Below, one piece after another: positions 12,990-26,029 of a DNA stretch of 64,000 bases (the stretch's first letter is position 1; each line of letters starts with the position of its first letter). This DNA comes from Chiloscyllium plagiosum (Eukaryota). Made by a program: the position numbers and the translations under genes. Under the pieces are notes generated by a model, which saw only the letters and a list, made by a program, of their open reading frames with translations, searched no databases and was not told the DNA's origin. Where the stretch lies: the NCBI RefSeq assembly GCF_004010195.1, contig NC_057710.1:125229397-125293396 (forward strand), written 5' to 3'.

Positions 12990-13892
12990 GTGGTGGCAGT
13001 GAGGAAGAAAGTTCTTAGGTTACAGGAGAATGTAGACAGATTGGTCAGATGGGCAGATCAGCAGCAAATGGAATTTAACCCTGACAAGTGTGAGGTGATG
13101 GACTTTGGAAGAAGCAACAAGATAAGGGGATACTCAATGAATGGCAAGTCACTAGGAAACCCACAGGAACAGAGAGATCATGAAGTGCTTGTCCACAGAT
13201 CACTGAAGATGGCAACACAAATAAGGGTACAAAGTTAAAAATCACACAACACCAGGTTATGGTCAAACAGGTTTAATTGGAAGCACACTAGCTTTCAGAG
13301 CGCCGCTCCTTCATCCTTCATCCTTCATCCAAATCACAAATAAGGGTAGTTACTGTCCTTATTAGTTGTGGAATAGAGTATAGGCAGGAAGGCTATGTTA
13401 GAGCTATACAGGACTTTGGTTAGGACACAGCTGGAGTACTGTGTGCATTTATGGTCACTGCACTATCAGAAGGATTTGATTGCACTGTTTGTGCAGAGGA
13501 AGTTCACCAGGACATTGCCTGGGATAAAGCATTTTAGATATAAAGAGAGGATGGATAAGCTCAGGTTGTTTTCTTTCAGTCATGGAAGGTTGAGATAGGA
13601 CTTGAAGTATTAGGTTATTAGGGAATGGAGACCATGGATGAAAGCAGCTGTTCCCCTTGGTTGAAGGGTCAATAACAAGGGGAATTTAATTTTCAGGTGA
13701 AAGATGGGAGTTTACAGGGAACTAAGAATTTACAATGCACTGCCTCGGAGGGTTGTTGAGGCAGAAAATCTCACAGCCTTTAAAACGGATGGCTATGAGC
13801 TAAGTGCTGGAAAGTCGGCAGATTTAGAATAGTTTTCTGTCAGTACAGACTCAATGGGCTGAAGGGCATCCTCTGTACTCTTTGATTCTATC
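12990..13892 (+). mobile_element. Decayed CR1 3' portion, interrupted by a Penelope-type mini-insert
   Basis: Encodes LQENVDRLVRWADQQQMEFNPDKCEV and MLELYRTLVRTQLEYCVHLWS, followed by a CR1-type 3' UTR. Confidence 0.85.
13230..13334 (-). mobile_element. Penelope-like terminal mini-insert (family B) with hammerhead motif remnant
   Basis: Minus strand reads GATGAAGGAGCGGCGCTCTGAAAGCTAGTG. TSD CACAAATAAGGGTA lies at 13216-13229 and 13335-13348, with a (CCTTCAT)3 stutter at the junction. Confidence 0.85.
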
Positions 13893-14439
13893 AGAATTTA
13901 GGATATGAAGAATGGGGAGGACTGGCGCATAGGAGACCCAAGGTTTACTGCACAGTTTCAGGAAAACAGTCCTCCCCATCCTGGCCCAGAAAGAAACTTA
14001 AACTTGGAAACAATTTACTGCCCCTGCTTGAAACCCTAGCACGTTTGTCTTGGTAGAAATTATATGACTGCTCCCTCATTTCGGCCTCAGGCTAAAATCG
14101 AAGTTGAGCCCTAATGGCATGATGGTGACACAATGTGTACAGTTAAAGCATAACTCCAAAGGCTTCAGGCAGATGGCCAGTAGCCTGTTGAAGACAACGG
14201 GTTAAAATTCAAAATCAACATGAAAACAGCAGGATCACAGCATATAATTTACTGTCTATATTTTGAACTACCTTCTGACCAGTTACAACCAAGGAGAGTA
14301 AAATTTAGCCCCTAGGCTTCAGGCAGTTTCCCATTGCTATAACATTTTCAGTACCACAATATCCTTCTTGAAACTAAAATCTCCTTTCTTGGTGAAAATA
14401 AGTGAATGTCCTGCTTGGGGTCCATGTTTCTCCATCTTA

Positions 14440-14759
14440 GTCACAGAATCCCTACAGTGTGGAAATAGGCCCTTCAGCCCTACAAGACCACACTGACCCT
14501 GTGAGGAGGTATCCCACTCAAATCCATTCCTCGACATTTACCTCTAACCTACACATCCTTGAATACAGTGGGCAATTTAGCATGGCCAATTCACTTAACC
14601 TGCACCTCTTTGGATTGTGGGAGGAAACCAGAGCACTCAGAGGAAACCCACACAGACAGGGGGAGGACATGCAAACTCCACACAGACAGCCTGGAATCAA
14701 ACCTGGGTTCCTGGCAACATGAGGCAGGAGCGCTAACCATTGAGCCACCTTGCTGTCCC
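14440..14759 (-). mobile_element. HE1-type tRNA-derived V-SINE (diverged)
   Basis: Minus strand has a GGTGGCTCAATGGTTAGC A-box head, the V-domain GTGGGTTTCCTC..GTGCTC.GGTTTCCTCCCACA and a CR1-like tail. Confidence 0.85.
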
Positions 14760-14990
14760 AAATAGGCTTTGTATATTTTGCTTTTCTTTCCAGAGCTCTC
14801 CAATTCAAGGTTCATTTTGGTGCATTTACCACAATGTAATGATGTACAGGCAGGTAAACTGGCAGTAACCTGTCCAACTGTACTCTAAAATGTTTTTTCT
14901 GCTCAGTATCCTGTAGGGTAATAGTTTATAGTTCCAAACATTTTTCAACCTGCTCAACCTTCCTCAAAGGATAATGCCTTCATCTCTACA

Positions 14991-15036
14991 TGATGAAGGA
15001 GCAGCACTCTGGAAGCTAATGCTTCCAACTAAACCT
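14991..15036 (+). mobile_element. Short Penelope-like family B hammerhead fragment
   Basis: TGATGAAGGAGCAGCACTCTGGAAGCTAATGCTTCCAACTAAACCT matches 58395-58440. Confidence 0.7.
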
Positions 15037-15779
15037 AAGCAGGGCCAATCGAATTTGGTGCTGAGTTGAAACAGACCCCATTTTTGCTGTTCCAAGGGCC
15101 TTAACTCATAGTGTGGGAGTCATGAATTTAATTGAAGGAGTCGAAGTTAATACCTGTGACGGGTGGGTAAAGTCTCTTTAATTATCATGATTTGACATCT
15201 TTCTAAATCCTTAGCCAATAAAAGCTAAGAAAAAGACTGAAGCTGTTAAGTTTGAATTTTAAAAGAAACACCCTCTGCTGAAATGCTTCGGTTGACAAAC
15301 TCTCTGCTGTAGATTAGAAAAAAAAGGCCAACTGTTTCTGCAGTTTCAAGAGATCATAATGACATCTCCCAAGAGCTAAGGCCATAATGAATGCTTGGCT
15401 GAGTTTCAAAGGTTTCAAAGCATGTATCTCAATGACGGACAGCTGGACAGTGCGGTCACATTCGATTGATAGTTTAAAGATGCTCTTAAAGGAATATGTA
15501 TTGTTATTGTTTTTATATCATATTTAACTTTTGAAGGGATTTTAAACGTTTGAATGGCCATCAGTAATGGAATTTTGGTTTTCAATATCAGATGTACAAC
15601 GCATTAAAGTTCTTTTAGATTGTTAGAATTTTTTTCATCTCTCCACATCTCTGGATGTATTCTCATAGTGGATACCAGCCGAATAGTTGTGGAAGTGTCA
15701 TTGAGGCATGATGTGGCACAAGGTGCTATGAGTAGGTATGAGTTGGCATGCTACAAATTCCTTGGAGGGTATATCTGGA

Positions 15780-16960
15780 AGTCTGCCTCCTGCACCCACA
15801 ACAGTTCAGATACTGAAAATTTGGTGGGTATTTTTGCTGGATTAGTCAGGAGTAGTTGCTGGGGAGCACCTCACTGCCATGTCTTTGCAGCTTCTTCAGC
15901 AAGAAACATCCCAGGTCACTGCACTCAGATGACTCTCAGAGATCAGGCACCAGCCCATCCCCATCCAGAAAATGGCCACATGGCATTGGCAACTAACTGC
16001 TTCATTGAGATGTACAAGCAGACACAGAAACAACATGCAGCTTTGTCAGCAGCACTGAGTAAATTGACTCAAAGATTGGAGTGTTCCACTAATGCTGTTT
16101 GCTCCATGTTGCCTCTGGCAAGTGGGTGTAAGGCTGCCTCCATGGATACAGTGAGGTGTGCAGATGCTGAAGTGTGTTGCTGGAAAAGCACAGCAGGTCA
16201 GGCAGTATCCAAGGAGCAAGAAAATCGACGTTTCCGGGCCAGAGCCCTTCAAGTGGCTTAGCATCAAAAGAAGTGTCAGAAGAATGAGGAATACTGACCT
16301 CACTGCAGGAGCCCTCTCCTCTCAAGGAAACAGGATGATGTCACTTGGCAACCTGCTGGAGGAGGAACCACATTGAGGGTCTGAGAAGTCTTCTCTTAGG
16401 ACACTCTAGAGGTGGCTGGGCCTTCTACCTCCACCCTAAGGCATGTGGTAGTTTAAGCCAAGGAGGGTGTACAATATCTGGGCAAAAATATCTGGGTTCA
16501 TGAAACACAAATGCCCCTGCATTTGCCTGTTCAAAGCTCCAAAGCCAACAGCTTTACTATTGAGATGTATTTGGAGAGAATGGAAGAAGAATACCACATT
16601 CTGAGGGTATATAGGTGACCAGCTATGATGGTGTATTTTCATTTAGCTGCAGTTGCAAGAATTATGGCACAAAGCCTTGCCATCCTTGGTGTTACATGAG
16701 ATTTTATCATCACTGGTGTGAAGTGAGCAGCTCCTGCACCATATGCAGACTGTGGAACTTGGAAGCTGAGTGCTTATTTGGCACTTAGTTTCAATTGTTC
16801 CAGGCTGCAATACATTGCAGCACAGTCATTAGTTGGATTTATTCCTGATGCTGCATAAGGTGGTCAAGTCTGGTTGAGGGCAGCATTTGCACTTTACAGG
16901 TAGGTCAATGCACATGGTTCACAGACAGTTTTGTGTCTGCCATTGGCAAACTGCATGTGT
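15780..16960. mobile_element. Probable highly decayed PIF/Harbinger relic (Myb/SANT-gene 3' part on +, transposase 3' part on -)
   Basis: Weak resemblance to the 55.5-56.0 kb relic (APST..DT..VG / GEH-like stretch), plus a faint transposase C-terminal-like stretch on the minus strand at 16660-16830. Confidence 0.3.
16170..16250 (-). mobile_element. Penelope-like family A mini-insert
   Basis: TGTGTTGCTGGAAAAGCACAGCAGGTCAGGCAG...ATCGACGTTTCCGGGCCAGAGCCCTTC is homologous to 6186-6272. Confidence 0.8.
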
Positions 16961-18329
16961 AGAAGGCAAGTTTACATATTAATGTAATGCTAATGCGTGC
17001 AAATGGATGTGAATAGTTTTCCTGCCACTCACTTGCGAGATTCTCATCTCACCATTCAATACTTGATTGGAGAATTAAATCTTTTGCTTCCATTGTTAAG
17101 AATCTCATTACTGTCGCTCGCACTCTGTTTTCCCAACGTTCTCACCATGCTCATGACAATTAAGGTTGAGGAAGATTCTAAACTATCATTTTAATTATAA
17201 TTACCTGTTTTGCACATTGTGTGTTTTCACTTTAACTTTGAAGATCTCCCTTCACATGAATCCTTCAACCATACTTTACTTAATATGGTTAGCATTGTCT
17301 CGAGAATGGGAGATGGAGATATTTGGATGAAGTATGAAATTAGATAATCAAAAACAATCTGTCCTCTATTTTTGTGGAATGTATCTTTAATTCTTGGCTC
17401 ATTAACATGAATAATTTTTTCATAATGGCTGCAACATATGGATGAAAGGAAATTTTGAGCCTGTCTCATCCAACTTTAATACAAAACAAATCACTAAAAC
17501 ATAACACATTTTGAAAACCTCACTGTGAAAAATTGTCAAAAGATGCCATACAACCAAACCCTGCTTCCTTTGTTATCTAATCCATGGTTTCCTACATGGG
17601 CAAATAAAATTTGCAATAGTGTATCTAAAATTTCACAGAAATCTAAATCTAAACAGCTTTGCCTTTATCCAGATGCTTCAACAGCTGGTTCAAGACTTTC
17701 AACAAGTTGATTTTTGCTCCATATGTCTTCTTCCATAGAAAAATATTATTGAATATAATTATAGTCCTTACATATTGAAATGTGTTTGTATTAATCTTAA
17801 AAACTGTCACTTAAATGTAAAAAAAATTTATTACAACAGTTAATCAAGTCTCATTGATTACACTCAACCCACCTTTTAAAATGATCTTATGATAACATAG
17901 AATATAATATGCAAAGTAGTGAGATATTGTCCTCTTAACAATAACAGCCTTTTTCTAAAATGTAGAAATAGTTTATAAAAATCTTTGACTTCTTTAAATG
18001 CAAAGCTCTATCATTCTCAAAAAATAGTTAAAACTACCTTCACATTAAGAAATATGCCAATGAATAGTTGAGTTCAGTTAATGTTATGCATCCTAAGATC
18101 AGACTTTATTGGAAACTTTGTTGATCATTGTATAAAAACACTTCAGTCTACAGTCTTTACACAATTTAAGATTATTCTAAGTTTAATGGTTTTACTGAAG
18201 CTTTTCTTAAGATAATGAAGACTCAGAGAATTAGACTCCTGCACTATTATTTCTGGAGTGCCAAAATCCAACCTTTTTCCATTACTACTTCTGAGATATA
18301 TGCTATGTGCATGTTTACACTGAGAAGAT

Positions 18330-18900
18330 CAGGCTCTACCTCGCCATCCTCTTGATGGACCTTTATGTCGGTCCCTCTCCTTGTTTCTGATTTGTTACAC
18401 AGCCTTTCCAACGTACAGTATTGGATAAGTGGTCATTTCCTTCAATTAAGTATTAGGGAGAACAATCAATTGTCTTCGATCCTCACCATTAACTCTGTTC
18501 CTATTCATTTAGTCTATCTCCATCTCCTGTCTGAGGCTGAACCAGGCAATTTGCAATCTTGATGTGCTACTTTAACCTGAGCTGAGCCTTTATATCTTTA
18601 AACATTCCATTACCAAGGCGGTCTACGTATACCCCTCTAACAATGCCCCTTTTACATCCTTGTTTCAGCTTATTGGTTGCTGGACCCCTCATTATACTTG
18701 CTCAGTTCGAGACTTGACTAATTCAATGATGTCTGAACCGCCTTGTCAATTTACAGCATCCATACATTTGAGCCCATTCAAACCTCTGTTGCTCCTAACT
18801 CACATCAAGCTCCCTTTTTCCATTATCTAGTAGGCCCAGACTCAGTGGCTCATTATTGACAATGCCATGATTATAAAATTCTTCTCTATATTCTTCAATG
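18330..18900 (+). mobile_element. Old L2-type LINE RT fragment
   Basis: Degenerate NL.V.F.PELS, ITKA.Y and RLD.SN motifs typical of L2 ORF2. Confidence 0.55.
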
Positions 18901-18989
18901 GCCTGGACCCTTGCTTCTCCAGCTGCATAACCTGGATTTCTCTAGTTCTGTTTTCTTCTGGATTCCAAGTTTGCATTGGTGGCAGGTGA

Positions 18990-19360
18990 TCATACTGAAA
19001 CATGAAAGATTGTTAGGAGACATGATATGGTCAAAAAGGTTGTTTCTCCTTGTGGGAGAGTCTAGGCCCAAAGTGCATAATAGGGGCTATATATTTACAA
19101 CAGAGATGGGGAGGAATTTCTTCTCTCAGGTAGTAGTAAATCTGTGGAATTATTTACCATAGAGGACTGTGCTTAACAATGAGTTGTTAAGTATATTATG
19201 GCTGAGATAGACAGGTTTTTAATCAGGAAGGGAATAGAGGTAATGAGAAAAGGCAGGAAAATGGAGTTGAAGACGAAGGTATCAGCTATGATCTCATTAA
19301 GTGGCAGAGCAGACTTGATAGGCTAAATGGCCTAATTCTCCTCCTCTGTCTTACAGTCCT
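18990..19360 (+). mobile_element. CR1 3' end (old subfamily)
   Basis: Encodes FTTEMGRNFFSQVVVNLWN. The 3' UTR has GGCTAAATGGCCTAATTCTCCTCCT. Confidence 0.75.
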
Positions 19361-19791
19361 GAGTTTCTCAAATGCCCTCAGCTACTTCTCTCTGTCCTTT
19401 GAGATGCTTATTTTAACTGTGGCTGAACTTCCTCAACTTGAGAATCTATTACCTTCTTCGTTGTCTTAAATGGAGCTTAGATTTTCTCAGCTTTATATAG
19501 CCTCTTCTGGGTTTTAACCAAACATTTCTGGCCTGAAACTTTCAAACTAGACTCCTTAACACCTTTCTTAAAAGCCCTAAACTACCTTCTTTCTTAGAAG
19601 TAATTGTGTTACACATCTCACTTCAGTCAAAAATTGTGCAACCTTTCCCAAGCTGAAATTAAAGTAGTTATTTTACAAGCTTTGGGTGTTTCAACTAAGG
19701 AGAAAGTGAGGTCTGCAGACGCTGGAGATCAAAGCTGAAACTTTATTGCTGGAACAGCACAGCAGGTCAGGCAGCATCTAGGGAACAGAAG

Positions 19792-19827
19792 ATTCGACGT
19801 TTCGGGCACATGCCCTTCTTCAGGAAT
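19792..19827 (-). ncRNA. Minimal type I hammerhead ribozyme motif (mirror copy)
   Basis: Exact reverse complement of 19849-19884. Confidence 0.75.
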
Positions 19828-19848
19828 GAGCAGAGAGTGCCTGTGCTC

Positions 19849-19884
19849 ATTCCTGAAGAAGGGCATGTGCCCGAAACGTCGAAT
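19849..19884 (+). ncRNA. Minimal type I hammerhead ribozyme motif
   Basis: attc-CTGAAGA-A-GGGC-atgt-GCCC-GAAA-C-GTC-gaat: helix I attc/gaat, 4-bp helix II, palindromic ACGT in place of helix III, GUC cleavage triplet. Confidence 0.75.
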
Positions 19885-22800
19885 CTTCTGTTCCCTCGAT
19901 GCTGCCTGACCTGCTGTGCTGTTCCAGCAATAAAGTTTCAGCGTGTTTCGACTAAGCCCTAAAAAATTCCAAAATCATCTAACTGGATGGCTAGTACAAA
20001 TGTATTACATTTGGTCATAAATTCTCAGAATTTATTTCCCCATTATTTTCCAGGAGGTTTCTTTCTAGTACTTTTTAAAAATAAATTACCATAGCTATAG
20101 AAATATTTATAAGTTAATCATTAAACCCTCTATGTTATGTTACATGTCATTTATGACTTTGATATAGGCCTTTTATTTCCAGTGTAGAGTCAGACTGAAG
20201 GTGCTCAAGTAGGGAGTTGAGGGAACGATGAGCTCAAATTTGAAATGAGACCACACGCTCAGTGACATTGGAGAAGAAAGTGAGAATGGAAGTGGGACAG
20301 TAAATTGGATAGACAGATAAGTCAAGGATTGATTTTTTTAGAGGCTAGTCTTATTGATGACAAATTAAAGAAAAAGACGCCAGTATCTGAGAAAAGGGAT
20401 CCATTATCACAAACATTGGGGGTCTAGAAAAGGAAGTTAGCAATTGCCAGTTTATTCAGGCATCTCTTCATATTCTGTATTCCTTTCATTTATCCAATTG
20501 GCCACTTCTTAAATTACTGTTATGTTTGTTGAACAAAACTTGACTTCAATACATTTTTCCCTGCTGCCCAAGAACATCTCAATGTTTATAAATTTTTATC
20601 TTGAATGATGAACTTTCAGAATTTGGCCAAAACCAATTGATTCACCATCTCATTTTGTCACTTTCTTAGAAACATAGGAGCTGGTGTAGACCATTCAACC
20701 TCAAGCTTGCTATGTTATTCTAGATCATGCTTGATGATTCAAGTTGACTCTGTAGACATGTGTTATCCTTTGAAGTCTTTAGTAAATAGAAATCTACGAT
20801 CTCTGTTTTGAATTTACTTAATGATTCAGCTTCTAAAATGCTCTGAATTTTCCTTATTTCAGTTCCACACTGTGACTAGACTGTTGGATTTGAATTATTT
20901 CAGGAGTTTTTTGTACCATCCTCTTCAAAGACAGACACAAACTACTTGTTTCACTTCTCTGTTATTTCCCTACTTCCTGTTATAACCTCTCCTGTCTATG
21001 CCTGGGGGGACCCATATTTGTCTTTGCTTTTTTTTCAGCTATTACACCACAAGATGTTAGAGACATTCAATGAAAGCTATTCTATCACCTGTACTACTAT
21101 GGAGCAAGCCATCAATATCCTGCAATAATTTCACTGCTTAGGTTGCTCATAGGGTCCTCTGAAATAAATGCTGGAGAAAGTGTCCATGTCTGTAGTGGTT
21201 TGTTAAATTCTTCATAATCTCATAATTCTGAGTGTCTAGCTTCATCTGCTGCAATTCAGAGACCATTTTGGGAAGGGGAGGAAGAAGTGGAGGGGAAAGA
21301 AGAGGAGAAGGGTACGATGGGACAGTATTCATCATGTGCAATTGAACAGTAAAAGGATGTTATAGTGAGGCATCACTTGGGTAGGAAGTCACTACCTTTC
21401 AGGTAGGAAGTCAATACCTGACTTCCAGACCAAGATTCATAGAAAGCATAGTCTAGGTTTCTGTGCTAACCAGCAATGATGAATTATTAAAATTATTAGG
21501 CTATAACTACAGGCAAAGTCATAAACCATTGATGATTCACTTGTAAAATATTTCTGTTTTATCAATTCAACAATCAAAGTTTACAGCAACTAGTGCATAA
21601 AGAAGTAATTGGTTTTTTTTCAGGTTTTAAAGTGAGTTTTTTGCTGCAGAGAACAGAAGCTTCTGAGATGGGAGAAGATCAGCACATTTAGTTCCCTCTC
21701 TCTGTTTGTGACTTGTCCCCAGTTCCAACCTGTTCACTAGTTGTTTAGAATTGTGATATCCAGTTGCATTCACCCACCTTGTACACCTTAGTGAGATTAT
21801 TAAACTTCTTTCAGCATAGCTACCATGTTCAGGGTACAACCACTGGACATTGACTATCCTTGCCACTTTCATTCCCTTCCAACGCTTATTGCAAGACTTC
21901 CTGTCTCCCCAACACCCCAACTACTACATAATAGAAATTCATTCTTGTTACAGTTTTCAACTACCTGTCTAGTACCTCCAGACTTAGCATCACTGAAACA
22001 GGAAGCCCCTCCAACATCCTCATTGTTCCTTTATACTCAAACTGATTATCCAGCAGCACCCTTTTGAAACTTCCCATTTGTAGGAACTAGTGCCTTTAAA
22101 AAAAGGAAGGCTCCTCAGACTGTGAGGTTAGTGCTGAATGGTACTTAGTCTCTTGCAGTTATCAGAGGCTACCGACAGTGCCAGAGAGATCAACTTAGCT
22201 TGGATATTACTCAGGACCTCTCTATATACACCTGTATGAATTTCATGTGCTGTCCACCTTGCTTCAAACCTGCATGGGCTGGTCACAAATCATGACCCTT
22301 GTGTGTAAAAGAACTCAGCTTTCAAGTTTATAATTTACTGTCCATGCTACACTTCCAATCACTTCCCCATTACTGATGGTTAAGTAATAGGTTGATCAGT
22401 TCTCAGTTTATTTTTACCAATCATCTTAAGTAATGGATAGATTTTGAAAGATCTTAACTAGCAAATGAACGATGTCTTCACCAGTTTCTTTTAATATCAT
22501 GGCAAAGAAACTAAGAGCCCCTGGAGATTGCTGTATATTTAATTTAATTATTTTCCCCTTAGATCTTTCCTTTCTTATATTGTATCTTGTTCCTCCATTG
22601 ATTTATTTTTTAATTACCCTCAAATCTTTCCTTTATTACCAGACTTTACTGTAAAGACTGATTCAAGGTAAATACTAATTGATTTTGCCATTTCCTGAAT
22701 TTCAATCCCAAGGTCATTGCCATTGTCATTAAGAGGCACATATTACACAGAACAATTCTCTTACTCTTAATTTTTTTGAAAAAAACCTTTGATGTTGACC

Positions 22801-25800
22801 TTGATGACTCTTGTATGATTTTACTTTCAATCCCTTTGTGCAGCTCTAATCATTTTCTTTACATCGTATATGAAGGTTACTAAAGGTTTATTTTGTTTTA
22901 CTTTAAGTTTATGCTCTATTCTTAAACAACCTCTTTAGGATATTAAATGGCCAAGTCAAAACAGTTTGAGTTGTGATCTCTTGTGAATACAAAGATCACA
23001 AAGTGCTGATGACCCCATGCTCAATAGAAAGGCACACCCTATGAATTATGTTTCAAATGGCAGAAACATTTTTTCCCTTTTAAAGGAAATCAAGGATAGA
23101 GTTTATTTACAATTCTACTGGAATGTGCTTGTAGAACTAAGTGGGTAAAGGTTTCCATTCATTCCCATTTAGGTTCGGGATTTAGCAAACTGTAGGTGAC
23201 AGTCAAAGGAGTAGGCCGTAGTCATCCGTAGTTGGTGAAAGGGATTCCCTCACTCTGAATGCTAACAGCCAGTGGGTAAGCAAGCCAGACAAAAAGAAAA
23301 AGGACAACAAAAGGATTCACTTTTTTCCCAAACATTGGAATTTCGTAACTGTTCAAAGGAATTGGAGGAACAGAATTTCAACAAGCCTACAAAAACTAAA
23401 AATCTTGAAATTGACTGTTCAGCTACTAACTTCAAAACTACTTATTACCTTCATTGTCAAAACATTCAACTGTCCACTCTTCAAAAACTTCACTTCATTG
23501 ATGTGTATTACTTCTGTTTTAACTTTTATCTTTTTAGACCTTATCTTATTCCTAACTGTGCGTATGTGTGCTATATTACTAAATCTTTTTCCAATTAACA
23601 ACTAATAAATGCATTCTTTGTTAACTCAGGAAAGCCTGATTAAACTGGCTCCTTTTAAAACATAAGCTCATTTGGGTCTGGTAAAAGGAAGGGATCCATT
23701 TTTTAAATTAATCTTGTTGTAACTAACCAAGGGACAGGTGAATAAAGAAGGGGTGCCAAATTATTCCTTCTCTCCTGGGAGCTTAACAACTTAGGGTATT
23801 CCATCTGGAACTGGAACAAATTGGGGAACCTTATCCAGAATATGGGCTTAATACAGCTTAACTGTAACATTATGTGCCTTTTGTACATTTCCTGATTGCA
23901 TTAATGCATCTGTGCTTAGCACTGGAAATTTCATTACAGTATTTAAATTAGTCTCTTGCATTGAGCAGGTTTCCCAGGACTCAGAAAGTTGAGTAACAAA
24001 ACAGAGATAGCTGAAGTCTTTTATAGTAATATTTGCTGTATGATAGAGCAGGCGTGTCACCTCCAGCCCCTCATGCAAACCAATGGCTATGATCAGTTTA
24101 TCCTCCCTTCCATATCCCTATCAAACCCAATGATATCTCTTGATCCCTCCTTCCTTTTAATCACTCGTTGATTTCCCCCAAAAAAGTTCATCTCTTTCAG
24201 AAAGTGCTAGAGAATCTCAGCTGATTGGCAGTACCTGTGGAAACAGAGCTACTGTTGGGTCCAATGTACCTCTGCCTTGGAACTAGTTCTCCTCAATAGT
24301 CTTCATTTGCACTATTCTGGCATTTGCTTTCCCTCCCACCTGCCAGTCAGTTCATTGGTCTGGCCAGCAATTGGGTGGCAAATGGAGAAAAACATTGTGC
24401 TATAATTGCTGCCATATTTGGCTGAGTGTTTGTATTTCTGCGATCCATGGGGTTACATGCTGTAAACACTCTTCTCTGCTCTCTCCCTCCATACTTTCAC
24501 ATTATTATTGGGGTCAGTGTTAAGTCGCTGTCCATCTCAAAATTGCCCATAACTATAAATCTATTACTGCAGTAACTCAGGTTTCCTGCACCTTTGAACC
24601 ACAAATCACTGCATTTGTCCTATCAATTGTTATCCACTTTTCTCTTTTGCAATCTTCACATCTTGAGAATTCTCTTACTTTGCTATGATCAGCACAACCT
24701 GGATAATATGAGGAAGAATTCCCTCAGAGAATGTCATCAACTGCAAGCACAGACATCCTCTTTTCCAGGTCTCACTCAACCCTGATCAGTTATTGCAAAT
24801 AGCTTGTCCCTGGATACTTTGAGGATCCATAATATTCACTCATGATGGTTTTCCCGCAAATGCCTTTCTTTTGTGTCTCGTTACTTAATGTAGGAAATGT
24901 TAGCATGAACCAAGCACAAAATTCTTGGCCAAAATCAGACTCCACTTATTCACTTCACACTTATTTTAATTAGTATTGTCATGATCACTGAGTGACTAGA
25001 TTGCTAGTTGGGAAAAAAATGGCTATCGGGAGGACTACACCAGCAATGATAGCACATAATTTTGAACCATCAGTGAGAGATCATAGTAGATTTATTGGAG
25101 AGATAATCTGTAAGGGGTAAATCCATTAGTTTGGAAATGCAGTCTGCTAGTTGACAGGGATTATATGTGCCAAATGGAGAAATTACTACCTGCAAAGAAA
25201 AAAGAAATAGAAAGAGAGAGAAAAAAGGGGAGAAATTTAAATTTTAAAAGTAAACATTTTTAAAATCTCTAAAAACAATTCACAACTTGAAGAAACGAGA
25301 CTCCATACTTACATTTGCACACTTTCTGATTGAGAGAGGCTGGTTGGTTATCATTAATGTTCTTAAAGAGATACTTATGCTATTAACTCCTGAATTTAAC
25401 TTTCTGGAGATGCGTTTAATGAGAAATTAATTTGCAAGCATAACAACTCCATAGAAGTTGAAGATGACTAAGTATAAAATGTCATTTTCTTAAACTAATG
25501 GTGTAATGGTGTAAATCAAGCTGTAATTTGTGACATTTCACTGTTCATGGGGTATCTATCCATTTCCAACACCCACTACCAATTTGTGTATGAATAGTGA
25601 CATGACTTGCTATCATACTTTTGTCAAAATGTAGCACAAGTTTTCATGAAAAAAATGCCGCTGTTCAGCTCTGATCTGAATATTGAGTTGCAACTCATTT
25701 ATTTGAAACTCTGACATCAATACTTTATGAACTGTGCAGGGCAAGGTTTTCTGATTGGATCTAAATAGATAATGTTTATTATAGGTGTTATGTAAGTGTT

Positions 25801-26029
25801 CGGATTGTCTAGCCTTGGTTTTCTGGTGTAGAATTCTATGACACCAGAATCCAGAATCCTCCTGGAGTCTGGTGTCATGTTACATCACTGATTTAATCAT
25901 ATTCCCCTGTGGTAAAACTGAACCACTGGAAAGTTCTGAACAACAAAGTTATGTTTTTTTGTTAAATAAATGAACTATTCTTGTTAAATTCTTGAACTGG
26001 AATTATACCATACCATGTCGAACTGTATA

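Larger units (their letters stand above)
19700..19942. mobile_element. Palindromic Penelope-like family A element: 99-bp inverted arms plus a 34-nt tail, TSD-flanked
   Basis: 19734-19832 is the reverse complement of 19844-19942 with one mismatch and an 11-nt loop. TSD GTGTTTC(A/G)ACTAAG lies at 19686-19699 and 19943-19956. Confidence 0.92.

Noticed and set aside
15620-16261. 213-aa ORF, the longest gap-free ORF
   Set aside because: TTG start and no recognisable domain. It runs through a decayed transposon relic and ends in a Penelope-type insert.
23260-23790. Possible solo LTR (AATAAA, ends in TAACA); a similar impression at ~755-990
   Set aside because: No partner LTR, PBS, PPT or TSD could be established by eye.
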